DNA of 64,000 bases from Octopus sinensis (Eukaryota). Below, one piece after another: positions 1-12,395 of this stretch. Each line of letters opens with the position of its first letter. Position 1 is the stretch's first letter. The DNA lies in contig NC_043001.1 of NCBI RefSeq assembly GCF_006345805.1, forward strand, positions 86,552,001 through 86,616,000, given 5' to 3'. The notes under the pieces are model-generated. The model searched no databases, had not been told where the DNA came from, and saw only the letters and a program-made list of their open reading frames with translations. The translations under genes were made by a program, and so were the position numbers.

Positions 1-234
1 TGATGGTAAGGTTGTGGTTTCGATTCCTGGACCAGGCAATGCATTGTGTTCTTGAGCAAAACACTTCCTTTTACGTTGCTCCAGTCCACTCAACTGGCAA
101 AAACGAGTAAATCTGTGACAGACCGGCGTCCCGTCCAGGTGGGGAATTTCTATGCCACTGAAACCGGGAAACTGGGCCCATGAGCCTAGCTAGGCTTTAA
201 AAGGGCACATTTTTAAATTATATTGTGGAGGGAG

Positions 235-920
235 ATCTCTCTGCTCAATATGTAGAAAAAGTGTAGGTAGAAATTCCATAAGGAGTACTCAGTGCAAGCT
301 AGAGACACATAAGTGGTGCAACAATATCAGAGGAAGGTTAACATAGAAAGCAGTCTTTGTGTGTGGCAGATGTATAAGTATGATAAACACTAAGAATATA
401 CAGAAAATAGACTTTGTCAATTGCCTGAGGCAGGGAGGATGCTTGAAAGTATAGAGAGCTTCCATTACCTTGTTGACTAAGTCAGCAGTGAAGAAGGATG
501 CTCTGAGAGCATAGCTGCTAGAATAAGAATGGACTGGGTAAAGTTTAGGGTGCTTCTATCTTTGTTGATAACAAAGGCCTCTCACTCAAGGTAAAAGGCA
601 GATTATATGAGGCTTGTGTGCAAAGAGCCATGCTACATGGTAATGAAACATGTGCTGTAACTGCAGAGGACATGCAAAGACTTGAAAGAAATGAAGCTAG
701 TATGCTTCACTGAATGTGCAATGTTAGTGTGCATGAATGACAGGGTGTGTCTTGAGAGGAAAATTGAGTATAAGGGTATCAGATGTAGTGTGCAAGAAAG
801 AAGACTGTGCTGGTATGGTCATGTGATGCATATGGATGAGGACAGGTGCATAAAGAAGTGCCAGTTTCTAACTGTGGAGGGAACCTGTGGAAGAGATAGA
901 CTTAAGAAGACAGGGGACGA
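235..920 (+). mobile_element. RTE-clade LINE, decayed 3' ORF fragment
   Basis: Translates to CSICRK.VGRNSI / GRLYEACVQRAMLHG.ETCAV / RRLCWYGHVMHMDEDRCIKKC...GTCGR, matching the RTE copy at 60-62.6 kb. Confidence 0.85.
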
Positions 921-1338
921 GGTGATGAGCTGGCAGAAATGTTAGCATGCCGGGCGAAATGCTTAGCAGTATTTCATCTGTCGCTATGTTCTGAGTTCAA
1001 ATTCCGCCGAGGTCGACTTTACCTTTCATCCTTTCGGGGTCGATTAAATAAGTACCAGTTACACACCGAGGTCGATATAATCGACTTAATCCACTTGTCT
1101 GTCCTTGTTTGTGTCCTCTGTGTTTAGCCCCTTGTTTGTAGTAAAGAAGTAGGTATTTCATCTGCCGCTACGTTCTGAGTTCAAATTCTGCCGCGGTCGA
1201 CTTTGCCTTTCATCCTTTCGGGGTCAATTAAATAAGTACCAGTTATGCACTGGGGTCGATATAATCGACTTAATCCCTTTGTCTGTCCTTGTTTGTCCCC
1301 TCTATGTTTAGACCCTTGTGGGTAGTAAAGAAATAGGT
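921..1338 (+). mobile_element. tRNA-derived SINE family A, 1.6-mer form
   Basis: A box tggcagaaatgttag, B box gagttcaaattcc; second unit begins at gtatttcatctg. Confidence 0.85.
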
Positions 1339-1509
1339 GGTGAAATATGATCTTCAGATGCTAAGTCTCATGTTAAGTGATCATGACTTCTGGTGATTAA
1401 AGGCCTATGGAAAATTGATCTAACATACATACATACTGGCGATTAAGTGATCATGAATTCTGGTGATTTGCTGTACTTCAAAAGACAGGTCAAGCTAAGT
1501 GAAATTGTA

Positions 1510-1765
1510 ATAGTGGCCAGTGCTGGTGACATGTAAAAGGCATCCATGTCAGTGACATGTAAAAAGCACCTGTGTTGGTGACATGTAAAAGATACCCAGT
1601 GCACTTTGTAGAGTGCTTAGCATTAGGAAGAGCATCCAGCCATAGAAACCAGGCCCAAAGAGACTAAAGCCTGGTGCAGCTCTCCAGCTTACCATCTCCA
1701 GTCAAACCATCTTACCCATGCCAGCATGGCAAATGTACACTAAATGATGATGTTGAGGACAATGA
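1510..1765 (+). mobile_element. RTE 3' UTR-derived short copy
   Basis: gacatgtaaaaagcacc subrepeats plus ccatgccagcatgg...(gat)n end. Confidence 0.7.
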
Positions 1766-1799
1766 GGATGAAAGCTGCTAATATTGTTTCATGAAAGCT

Positions 1800-2095
1800 T
1801 TCCAGATTCTTGATATATTTGATGAATATAACTCATGCCTCTCACTCATACAGGAGAGTGAAAACTGATAACTACAAGGAGAAATGCAAAGAATAACATC
1901 ATGGCCACTTCACCATTTTTTATTTGGTTTTTTTTGTGGATTTGTTAAAGACACTTGACACTGGAAACAGGGAATTCCAGTAGCAAGTCCTCAGAAAATT
2001 TGGTTGCTCATGCAAATTCAAGAATTTTCTCCACCATGTAATCTTGGTCATGATGTTCTTAAATATCTTCCTCGTCTCTGTAACCACACTGTTAT

Positions 2096-2172
<77 letters not shown>

Positions 2173-2515
2173 AAAGGAGATGGTATCCACTATCAACTCC
2201 CAGCAAGACAAGTATCTTCTCAACATCAAAAGGCTGCCAGCTACCACCAAACCCAAATCAAAACTGAGATCATTGAAATACCTACAGTATACTGGTGAGA
2301 TTGTTCTCTGGTAGCTCACACTCTCATGAAGCTCTTCTGGCCATTATCTCAAGTGCCATTAAAGCTTATGAAGGAATACGCCTGACAGATAAAGTTCAGA
2401 AACATCAGGCCATGTACCAGTTGCTTATTGTAGGACCACCTCCGCTTTCTCCAGACTTTATCAGTACAACAGAAATAACTAACCACTCAACTCCACCCTG
2501 CTTCTAATTCGGATC
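1800..2515 (+). mobile_element. Decayed LINE reverse-transcriptase fragment (RTE-like) interrupted by (GAAA)n
   Basis: QEKCKE..., FVDL.KTLDT.NRE...VLRKFGC and DCSLVAH.HEAL...VMYQ-like pieces across frameshifts. Confidence 0.6.
2097..2175. repeat. (GAAA)n microsatellite
   Basis: Directly visible. Confidence 0.97.
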
Positions 2516-2531
2516 CTGAGACAGCAGCTTT

Positions 2532-2769
2532 TTCTTATTTCTTTATTGCCCACAATGGGCTAAACATAGAGGGGACAAACAAGGACGGACAAAGGGATTA
2601 AGTCGAATACATCGACCCCCAGTGCATAACTGGTACTTAATTTATCGACCCCGAAAGGATGAAAGGCAAAGTCGACCTAGGCTGAATTTGAACTCAGAAC
2701 ATAACGGTAGACGAAATACCACTAAGCATTTCGCCCGGCGTGCTACCAATTCTGCCAGCTCGCTGCCTT
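2532..2769 (-). mobile_element. SINE family A
   Basis: Reverse complement of family A; gacagcagc.ttttc flanking duplication. Confidence 0.85.
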
Positions 2770-3451
2770 AGACAGCAGCATTTTCCAACAGTTATATGTT
2801 ACATGAGGAGATTCTAAGCCATCTCAGACCTGTCTCTGCTCCTTTGAAAACTTGAAGCAACAGAAATTTTACTAAACAACTATCTCAACCATAATGCATT
2901 GTTGACATATCTTTCATCTTTTTACTTTTTGATTGTTTCACTCATTGCACTGTGGCCACGCTGGGGCACATCCTTGAAGAGTTTAGTCGAACAAATCGGC
3001 CCCATTACTTATTTTTTTAAAGCCTGGTGCTTATTTTATCAGTCTGTTTTGCCAAACCAAACCGTGAGATTACAAAGGCATAAACAAACCAATGCCAGTT
3101 GTGGGAGACACACACACACATATAAATTTTTTTTTTATCTCATTACAGAAAAAAAAAATTTTTTATATACACGCAGTGATATATGACATACGTTGGACCC
3201 CTTATTCGCATAATCACTGAACCTGAAACTCAGTTATGGTCTATCCATAGCACTTATTCAGCATTACCTGATACCTTTGGGTCTCAATGACACTATTACC
3301 TCTAATAACCACTCTCTATATATATATATACATATATATATTAATTAACGAGAAGGTGGATTTGGTATTAAACTTTATTCTGTACAATCTTCTTCTCCAT
3401 CTTCTATGATAATTGACTTATATCTATTAGTCCAAAATATTATTAGATATA

Positions 3452-3484
<33 letters not shown>

Positions 3485-3865
3485 CAGTAAGATGGTGAGC
3501 TGGCAGAATTGTTAGCATGTCGAACAAAATGTTCACCTGTCACTACATTCTGAGTTCAAATTCTGCCAAGGTCGACTTTGCCCTTTATGCTTTTGGGGTT
3601 GTTGAAATAAGTACCAGTCAAGTGCTGGGGGTCGATGCAATTGACTTGCGCCGCCACCCCCAAATTTCAGGCCTTGTGCTTATAGGAGAAAGAATTATTA
3701 TTATTATTATTAGTTTGTCCACTGTTGTCGACAATGACCAGGAACATCACATGGGAGAAGAAGACGGGGCACCATGTGTCTGGCTGTTGCGAATCAGTTT
3801 GATGCATGTTTGGAAGACTCTGCTGCAGGTCAAGCACTGGTGGTCAGTTGGGAATGAAGACAAGG

Positions 3866-4094
3866 CGGCAAGCTGGAAGAAACGTCAGCATGCCAGGCGA
3901 AATGCTTAGCAATATTTCGTCTGCCACTACGTTGTGAGTTCAAATTCCGCCAAGGTTGACTTTGCCTTTCATCCTTTCGGGGTCGATTAAATAAGTACCA
4001 GTTACACACTGGGGTCGATGTAATTGACTTAATCTCTTTGTCTGTCCTTGTTTGACCTCTCTGTGTTTAGCTCCTTGTGGGTAGTAAAGAAATA
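3866..4094 (+). mobile_element. SINE family A with 16-bp TSD
   Basis: TSD gggaatgaagacaagg at 3850-3865 and 4095-4110. Confidence 0.9.
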
Positions 4095-4570
4095 GGGAAT
4101 GAAGACAAGGAGTTGGCAATAGATCTGCATAGTTTGTGTATTCGTTGTGTCCCCTCAATCCCGTTCTGTACATAGGAGCTGGCACCTCAGTTGGTGCTGC
4201 TTCATCATGGAGGGCAGTCTTGTGCTCGTGTTTCCCAGGTGTCAGGGTTAATTTCAAAGCTTTTCAGTGAGGCTTATATCCAGAGTGATGAGTGGTGCAG
4301 AGAGCAATAGTTGACCGTGCTGTTTCAGTCTAATGCCAAGTTTCACTTAGGATACACAACTATGTTGTATGGTTCACACCACAGCTTAGAAAGGGCATGT
4401 TGTACTTACTCATGATACCTATTTACAACTGGTTGTAACCAGTCAACCAATCATGCACTTCTGTTTTAGTAATACTCTTATTTAGCCTTATAAGAAGACA
4501 ACTTATTCTCTTATTCTCTTATATGTTTCAGTCCAATAACTGTGGCCATGCTGGAGCATTAAAAGTTTCA

Positions 4571-4653
4571 TTGCACAAGTGGGTTTCGAACCCACGCGGA
4601 CAATTGTCCATTGGAACTTAAATCCAACGCCTTAACCACTCAGCCATCGTGCT
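4571..4653 (-). tRNA. tRNA-Leu(UAA) gene or recent pseudogene
   Basis: 83-nt type II cloverleaf: A box TGGCTGAGTGG, anticodon arm TTGGA-TTTAAGT-TCCAA, variable arm GGAC-AATT-GTCC, T arm GTGGG-TTCGAAA-CCCAC. TTTT terminator 6 nt downstream; 1:72 pair is A:A. Confidence 0.78.
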
Positions 4654-6030
4654 GCCTGTGTACAATTAAGTTTTTTTTTTTTTTTAGCATTTGTTAATGA
4701 ACTTATATCAAATTTGATAAGTCTAAATTTATCCCAGAGCTGTACAGTGCATGAACAAGGAAATCTGGGCTCAGGATGATATCAGTGGAGTATTAATATG
4801 CTTTTAATCATATTGAAATGTCTTACAGAAAAAAATTTTGCTTAAGTTATGAATACACACAAATGAAAACTGAAGAAGATGAAATTCTACACAGGACCAC
4901 TCTAACACCCACTAACGGCCAATATAAGGATGATTCAGTTAGAATCATTTCTTAGGTCTCTCAGGTCCCATTTATAAAGAAGTTATTGTCTATAAAAACG
5001 AAGTTACAATCTGCAGAAAAAAAAAAGTTATTGTTTGTAGAAAGAAGTTATTGTTTGTATAAATAAGTTATTTTTGTCTGTAGCAAATTCACAAAATTTT
5101 CCGTTTTCATTTAACCAAATTTATAAACAAGTCTAACATTTTATTTTTTTCTTTACAAACAATAAATTCTGTATAAATAGGATCCAAGAAACAATATTCT
5201 GTAAGTGCATATGCACAAGCAAGAAAAAGAATGAACAGAGAGAGATAAAGGAAATCTTTAAGAGAGAGAGAGAGAGAAGTTCAACTTGCCACCCAGTGAA
5301 CCAGACAAGGCATAATTTTCTATTATATTTCATGTAACTTGGAAACAGATGCTGAGGAAAACAGCAGCATGTGTTAATAATTTAGCAGTAAATACTGTTT
5401 AAATATCTTTTATATTTTCTACAACTTTCTTCCAGTTGGTAAACTGAGTGGAATTATTGAAAATTAGTCTGCATTTTAATCAAATTTCTTCAGAGATTTT
5501 GTATTTGATAAATCATTTCTTTTACTTCTTTATACAGACAATAATTGTTTGTTAATGGGTCTTCTGAGGCAATGTCCTGCAAGTGTAAATGTAGATGCAG
5601 GAAAAAATGATAAGATAGAAAAAAAGAGTCGTTAACAGGGAGAATAGCTTGAATAATAGAGCAGAGAACCAGACAGGCAAAACTGAGTGCAGTAGAAACT
5701 CTGATGGGAAAGGAGACTTCTAAAGAAGCTGCTGATTTAGTCAGGCATTCAGTAGGCTGGGTATCAGAAACTCCAACTTAAATGCAAGTACAACTTGCAG
5801 CATAGCAATGACAGCAAGTATGTGGCAGAACAAGAGACTTGCTGCATTTCATCATGACACATCCATCAACTATGAAGTGGATTCTACAATTCTGATAGGT
5901 GGCATGTGTGCATCTATAAACACTGTGGAGTAAAAAAGTGAGATGGTAAATCTCCTGGGTTGTGTTGCACGAGTGACAAAGTGCTTTCCAGACAACTCAC
6001 TGAACCACCTTAACTACAGAAGTCAACTTT

Positions 6031-6331
6031 TGTTTGTTCCTTCTCGAGCCATGCCTGGCTCATAAGGGCCAGTTTCCCGGTTTCTTTGGCATATAGGTTT
6101 CCCACCTGGATGGGACGCCAGTCCGTCACAGGTGAGCTGCAAGATGCAGAAGAAAAGAGTGAGAGAAAGTTGTGGCAAAAGAGTCAGCAGAAGTTCGGCA
6201 TTACCTTCTGCCGGAGCCACACGGAGCTTAGGTGTTTCGCTCATAAACACAAACATCACCCAGTTTGAGATTCAAACCCATGATCCCTCAACTGCGAGTC
6301 CGCTGCTCTAACCACTAGGCCATGTACCTCC
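6031..6331 (-). mobile_element. tRNA-derived SINE family C with 14-bp TSD, inserted in the Helitron
   Basis: TSD acagaagtcaactt at 6017-6030 and 6332-6345. Confidence 0.88.
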
Positions 6332-6418
6332 ACAGAAGTCAACTTACATAGCCTCAATAGAGGCTTCCAGTACTTCTTGGCAAACATGTAAAGTTACATC
6401 ACCTACTTTCAGATTACC

Positions 6419-6820
6419 TCTTTCTTTACTACCCACAAGGGGTAGTAAACACAGAGGGGACAAACAAAGACAGACAAATGGATTAAGTCGATTATATCGA
6501 CCCCAGTGCGTAACTGGTACTTATTTAATTGACCCCGAAAAGATGAAAGGCAAAGTCGACCTCGGCAGAATTTGAACTCAGAACGTAAAGACAGACGGAA
6601 TACCTATTTTTTTACTACCCACAAGGGGCTAAACACAGAGGGGACAAATGGATTAAGTCGATTATATCGACCCCAGTGCATAACTGGTACTTAATTTATC
6701 GACCCCGAAAGGATGAAAGGCAAAGTTGACCTCGGTGGAATTTGAACTCAGAATGTAGCGGCAGACGAAATACTGCTAAGCATTTCACCCGGCTTGCTAA
6801 CGTTTCTGCCAGCTCGCCTG
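6419..6820 (-). mobile_element. SINE family A, 1.6-mer form with 13-bp TSD, inserted in the Helitron
   Basis: TSD ctttcagattacc at 6406-6418 and 6821-6833. Confidence 0.88.
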
Positions 6821-7429
6821 CTTTCAGATTACCACAAAGATGAGTGCCAACTTTTAGGGTTCAGACAGTTTTACCATTTTACTGATTCTGTTTTGCTCTT
6901 GTTTAATGAATACCTAAAGTTTCTTTAGATTTATTTCATGGGTGATGAGCAACTGCAGTAGGTACAGAAGTGCCACAGAAATATTCCAGCAGTATAAGTA
7001 GAAATTGTCTTCAGCCTTCAGGAAATACTCCATTCTCATATTAATTATATCTTTTTACCTGTTATTGGTTTCAGTCATTAGACTACAGCCATAGTGGGGC
7101 ATTGCTTTAAAGGAAATATTAAACAGATTGACCCTAGTGCTTATTTTTTAAAGTCTGGTATTAATTCTATCAGTCTTGCTAGCCAACACGAGTTGGGGGA
7201 CAAACACAAGCAAAAAGGCGCATACGTGCACACTCACACACAAAATGGATTCCCACCAAATTCACTCACAGAGCATAGGGATATACAGTTAGAGGAGGTC
7301 AGTTTGCAGAGGTTTTAGCTCAAATAGGAAACAGTAAATTAACAATAACAGCGAAACCTAGAGAAGAGATATCACAATACTGAAAAATCATCAGCACATT
7401 TCAAAGAAATGGTATTGAGCGCAGGAGTG

Positions 7430-7579
7430 GCTGTGTGGTAAGTAGCTTGCTTACCAACCACATGGTACCGGGTTCAGTCCCACTGTGTGGCATCTTGAGC
7501 AAGTGTCTTCTACTATAGCTTGGGCTGACCAAAGCCTTGTGAGTGGATTTGGTAGACGGAAACTGAAAGAAGCCTGTCG

Positions 7580-7634
<55 letters not shown>

Positions 7635-7840
7635 ATGTGTGTTTGCATGTCTGTGTTTGTCCCCCCAACATCGCTTGACAACTGATGCTGGTGTGTTTAT
7701 GTCCCTGTAACTTAGCGGTTCGGCAAAAGAGACTGATAGAATAAGTACTAGGCTTTCAAAGAATAAGTCCTGGGGTCAATTTGCTCAACTAAAGGCGCTG
7801 CTCCAGCATGGCCACAGTCAAATGTCTGAAACAAGTAAGA
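7430..7840 (+). mobile_element. tRNA-derived SINE family B (internal TA/TG microsatellite)
   Basis: gcgcaggagtggctgtgtggtaag head ... ctccagcatggccacagtc.aatgactgaaacaagtaa tail. Confidence 0.85.
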
Positions 7841-9370
7841 GAGTATTTGTTGTAACCTCTCATCAAATTATAGACAATATGCCATCAAAATCTGACATTA
7901 TTCAGAGTATTAATGCCACGAAGCTTCAAAAGCCACCAAATTTATCCAGCTGGCATTATAGTTGGTCTTAACAATACTGTGAACTATCCAACAGTTTCTC
8001 AGTTCTCTTCAGTAGATTGGTGTTTCAATCTCATATTCTACAGCTGAAAGTAGGAGTACCTGTTATATTACAATGAATATTTGGATTCTCCAAAATTTTG
8101 TAATGGTACAAGACTAGCTAATAAAAAACCTTATGTCTCAAGTGACTGAAGCCACCATTATAACATACTGAGATGAGTTGCTTTTAATCTTTGCATTCCA
8201 ATCATCCTACCAGATCAGTTTAAGTGTCTTCAATGCCTCTAGTTTCTTTTGAGACAATCATTTTCTATTATTATTAAGTTTCTGTCACAGTCCCTCAAGG
8301 GTGATGAAGTTGAACTGACTAGTCCATGTTTCTCTCATTGTCAATTCTGTGATGCAGACTCATATTTGAATATTTTGATGCTCTTTTCATCAGAGCACCA
8401 AAAAAAACTTAATAAGAGTCTTTGCTTATTAAAACATTCTAAAACATTTCTGTTAGAATTGCTCTGTCTCTTGTAATGAAATCGTCCAACACATGCTAGC
8501 ATGGAAAGCAGACGTTAAACGATGATAATGATGATGATGTATGTATGTATGTATGTATGTATGTTAAATCAATTTTCCATAGATCTTTATTCATAAATCA
8601 ATTTGACATAAAAATCCACACAATTGAATGAGCACCTTTGTGTCGTAAGTATCACTTGAATATGTATATAAATCTATTTATGACTCATCTCACAACTCAA
8701 TAATCGACTCACCAACCCTTTCTCTACCATACAAATTCATGCTTAGCTGATACTTCTTTTGTTAATGCGAGAGAATAAAAGTTTCACTCCTCCTACACCT
8801 CTGCAGTATCTATGTAAATTTTATATTTTCCAGACAAAACAGTCTCCTTCGTTCTTGTCAACAAGAGCATTTGTTAAAAGAAATCTAGTGTAACAATGGT
8901 AACAGGACTTAGTTGAAAGACACCAACTGTGAAATTATAGATTTCTAAAAGCCATGTTCATTTGCAAAAATTTACGATTATGTGAGAGATTCTTTTTTAA
9001 AGTTTCCTTGCTCGCCTCAAGAAACGTATGTGTATAGGTGCATATGTGCAAGTGTGCAGCATTATCATATCATGCATATCTACACTCTGGGGCCCCATTG
9101 CCAAATCTATTTCTCTATGTGTCTCTGAAAAATTGCGTATATTTTAATGAAATTTTACTGAAATATGTTTTCAAGGGTGTAAGTTACGATTATTTTTGAT
9201 AATCTTTTTCAATAGAGAAAGAGTTTGGGATCATTCCCCACCACCACCACCATTACTTTCTCAGCTCTGTTTCCTAATAACACTTTAAAATATACATTTT
9301 TAAAGGGCATTTTGGCAGAATTACGTTTTTGTGAGTATAGAATATGTAATGTTGATTTGTGAAACATATA

Positions 9371-9690
9371 GGCGCAGGAGTGGCTGTGTGGTAAGTAGCT
9401 TGCTAACCAACCACATGGTTCCGGGTTCAGTCCCACTGCGTGGCATCTTGGGCAAGTGTCTTCTACTATAGCCCCGGGCCGACCAAAGCCTTGTGAGTGG
9501 ATTTGGTAGACGGAAACTGAAAGAAGCCTGTCGTATATATGTATATATATATGTGTGTCTGTGTGTCTTTGTAAGCTTAGTACTTATTCTATCGGTCTCT
9601 TTTGCCGAACTTATAAGTTACGGGGATGTAAACACACCAGCATCAGTTGTCAAGCGATGGTGGGAGGGGACAAACACGAACACACAAATT

Positions 9691-9732
<42 letters not shown>

Positions 9733-9890
9733 CGACGGGCTTCTTTCAGTTTCCGTCTTCAGTTTCCACTCACAAGGCTTTGGTCAGCCTGAGGCTATAG
9801 TAGAAGACACTTACCCACAGTGCCACACAGTGGGACTGAACCCAGAACCATGTGGTTGGTAAGCAAGCTACTTACCACACAGCCACTGCT
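9371..9890. mobile_element. Two family B SINEs in opposite orientation (+ 9371-9570, - 9572-9890)
   Basis: Head sequence on + followed by the reverse complement of the same family. Confidence 0.85.
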
Positions 9891-10089
9891 ACACCTATTC
9901 AAAATATTCATACTCACACAAAATTCCAAGGGGACAACGAGAAGTTTTTACTGCATTTTTGACTTTGAGACAAAATATATTATTAACAAATGTTCACTAC
10001 CTTACAAAAACTAAATCAGCAAAGCAAATGACCTTTCTTAAATACATGATCTTATCACAATTTCAATACAATTATCGCTGTTCTATAGA

Positions 10090-11678
10090 CGTAGGAGTGG
10101 CTGTGTGGTAAGTAGTTTGTTTACCAGCCACATGGTTCCGGTTCAGTCCCACTGCGTGGCACCTTGGGCAAGTGTCTTTTACTATAGCCTCAGGTTGACC
10201 AAAGCCTTGTGAGTGGATTTGGTAGACAGAAACTGAAAGAAGCCCGTCGTATATATGTATATATATGTGTGTGAATATGTTTGTGTGTCTGTGTTTGTCC
10301 CCCCCAACATCGCTTGACAACCGATGCTGGTGTGTTTACGTCCCTGTAACTTAGCGGTTCGGCAAAAAAGACAGATAGATTAAGTTCTAGGCTTACAAAT
10401 AATAAGTCCTGGGGTCGATTTACTCGACTAAAGGCGGTGCTCCAGCATGGCCACAGTCAAATGACTGAAACAAGTAAAAGAGTAAAAGAGTTCTCTTTGA
10501 GCATATATATAGAAGACAAATTTGGCTGGAGTAGAATAAGTAAGCCAAGATAAGATATCTTTGCTGCATCAGTTCTCCAGAATCACAATCAAAGACAAAT
10601 TCATACATATCAATATTCATCCCTAGACATTAGAAAGATCAGAAATGCCAGGAAAAAAAAAATTTAATATCTAAATCAAATGAAAGAGGATCAGAGAAAA
10701 ATAGCATGATATGAAATTAATGAAACTCAACTAAATATAAAAAAAAAAACTTTACATAGGCGCAGGAGTGGCTGTGTGGTAAGTAGCTTGCTAACCAACC
10801 ACATGGTTCCGGGTTCAGTCCCACTGCGTGGCATCTTGGGCAAGTGTCTTCTGCTATAGCCTCGGGCCGACCAAAGCCTTGTGAGTGGATTTGGTAGACG
10901 GAAACTGAAAGAAGCCTGTCGTATATATGTATATATGTGTATATGTGTGTATGTGTGTGTGTGTTTGTGTGCTGGTGTGTTTACATCCCCGTCACTTAGC
11001 GGTTCGTAAAAAGAGACCGATAGAATAAGTACTGGGCTTACAAAGAATAAGTCCCGGGGTCGATTTGCTCGACTAAAGGCGGTGCTCCAGCATGGCCGCA
11101 GTCAAATGACTGAAACAAGTAAAAGAAAAAAAAAAGAAAAAAAGAAAATATTCTCTATAGCTTGTTCATGATCTGCTGGAGTGTCTGTCTCTTTGGGATA
11201 TATTTGCACACCATACAGTTGAAGAGAAAAAAATTACTGAAATTACTCATTACTCATTTTACCCCCATTTTAGACATTTTCTGAAAATTGAAAATTATCA
11301 AATTAGACATTAGTGTAGGGAAAAAATTAACTCGGAATCCATCAAAGAAAAGAATATCGATTGTTAAACACCAAAAATTATCTCGAGATTTTATTAGGAA
11401 CCTCAATTACAATCGCGTCAAAGCCGAGGTCAAATTTCTTGAAAAGAAAAGTACCCATCACTTCTTTTACTCTTTTACTTGTTTCAGTCATTTGACTGTG
11501 GCCATGCTAGAGCACCGCCTTTAGTCGAACAGATCAACGCCAGGACTTATTCTTTGTAAGCCTAGTACTTATTCTATCGGTCTCTTTTGCCGAACAACTA
11601 AGTTACGGGGACGTAAACACACCAGCATCGGTTGTCAAGCGATGCTGGAGGGACAAACACAAATACACAAACATATAG

Positions 11679-11709
<31 letters not shown>

Positions 11710-11880
11710 CATATACACACAGGCTTCTTTCAGTTTCCATCTACCAAATCCACTCACAAGGCTTTGGTCGGGCCGGGGCTATAGTAGAAGACACTTGCCC
11801 AGGGTGCCACGCAGTGGGACTGAACCCGGAACCATGTGGTTGGTAAGCAAGCTAATAACCACACAGCCACTGCTACACCT
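10090..11880. mobile_element. Three family B SINEs (+ 10090-10490, + 10759-11125, - 11465-11880)
   Basis: Repeated family B head and tail sequences. Confidence 0.85.
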
Positions 11881-12189
11881 GATAATGTTTTGAACTCACA
11901 CATCTTCAGCAACTAAGCTGACCAATTTTACTTCTAAAGATGATGCAACAGCAGAAAATGATGAGGTACTACTCGCAATGTGATGACTTCAAACAAATAG
12001 GCAGAATCTAATGAGAAATCAGAAATTACTCATTTTGCCCCGGTTACTAATTTTGCCCTACCCCTACACCTATTTTAGCGTTACCATTAAAATAAATCTG
12101 TCCTGTACAAACTATCAAAAATAAAAATAAAAGCAAGGGTGTGGATGTTCATGATTGTGTTAAAGAATCTGAGATAGATACTTGAAAAA

Positions 12190-12279
12190 ATGGTGGTGGT
12201 GATGATGATGATGATGATGATGATGGTGATGATGGTGGTGGTGGTGGTGGTGGTGGTGGTGGCGGCGGCGGCGGCGGCT

Positions 12280-12311
<32 letters not shown>

Positions 12312-12395
12312 GATGGAGATGGTGGTGGTGGTGGTGGTGGTGATGGAGATGGTGGTGGTGGTGGCGGCTGTGGCGGTGGTGGTGGTGGTGGTAGT
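12190..12395. repeat. Compound (GGT/GAT/GGC)n trinucleotide microsatellite
   Basis: Directly visible. Confidence 0.95.

Larger units (their letters stand above)
5600..8360 (+). mobile_element. Decayed, internally deleted Helitron (RepHel) interrupted by several SINEs
   Basis: N-terminal pieces LAAFHHD.SINY...IGGM, HCGVKK..GLCC.SDKV, YFLAN and PK.L.IYFMGDE; PIF1 helicase C-terminal pieces HILQLKVGVPVIL, PKFCNGTRL, EATIIT and SQSLK...L.SPCFSH.Q. Confidence 0.75.

Noticed and set aside
2004-2267. Lys/Glu/Arg-rich ORF (KKERKKER...)
   Set aside because: (GAAA)n microsatellite inside a LINE remnant.
4260-12000. Candidate exons of a second host gene (e.g. 4412-4462 minus, 10512-10538, 11911-11963 plus)
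   Set aside because: Isolated splice-like sites with stops or unrecognisable peptides; cannot be chained into an ORF.
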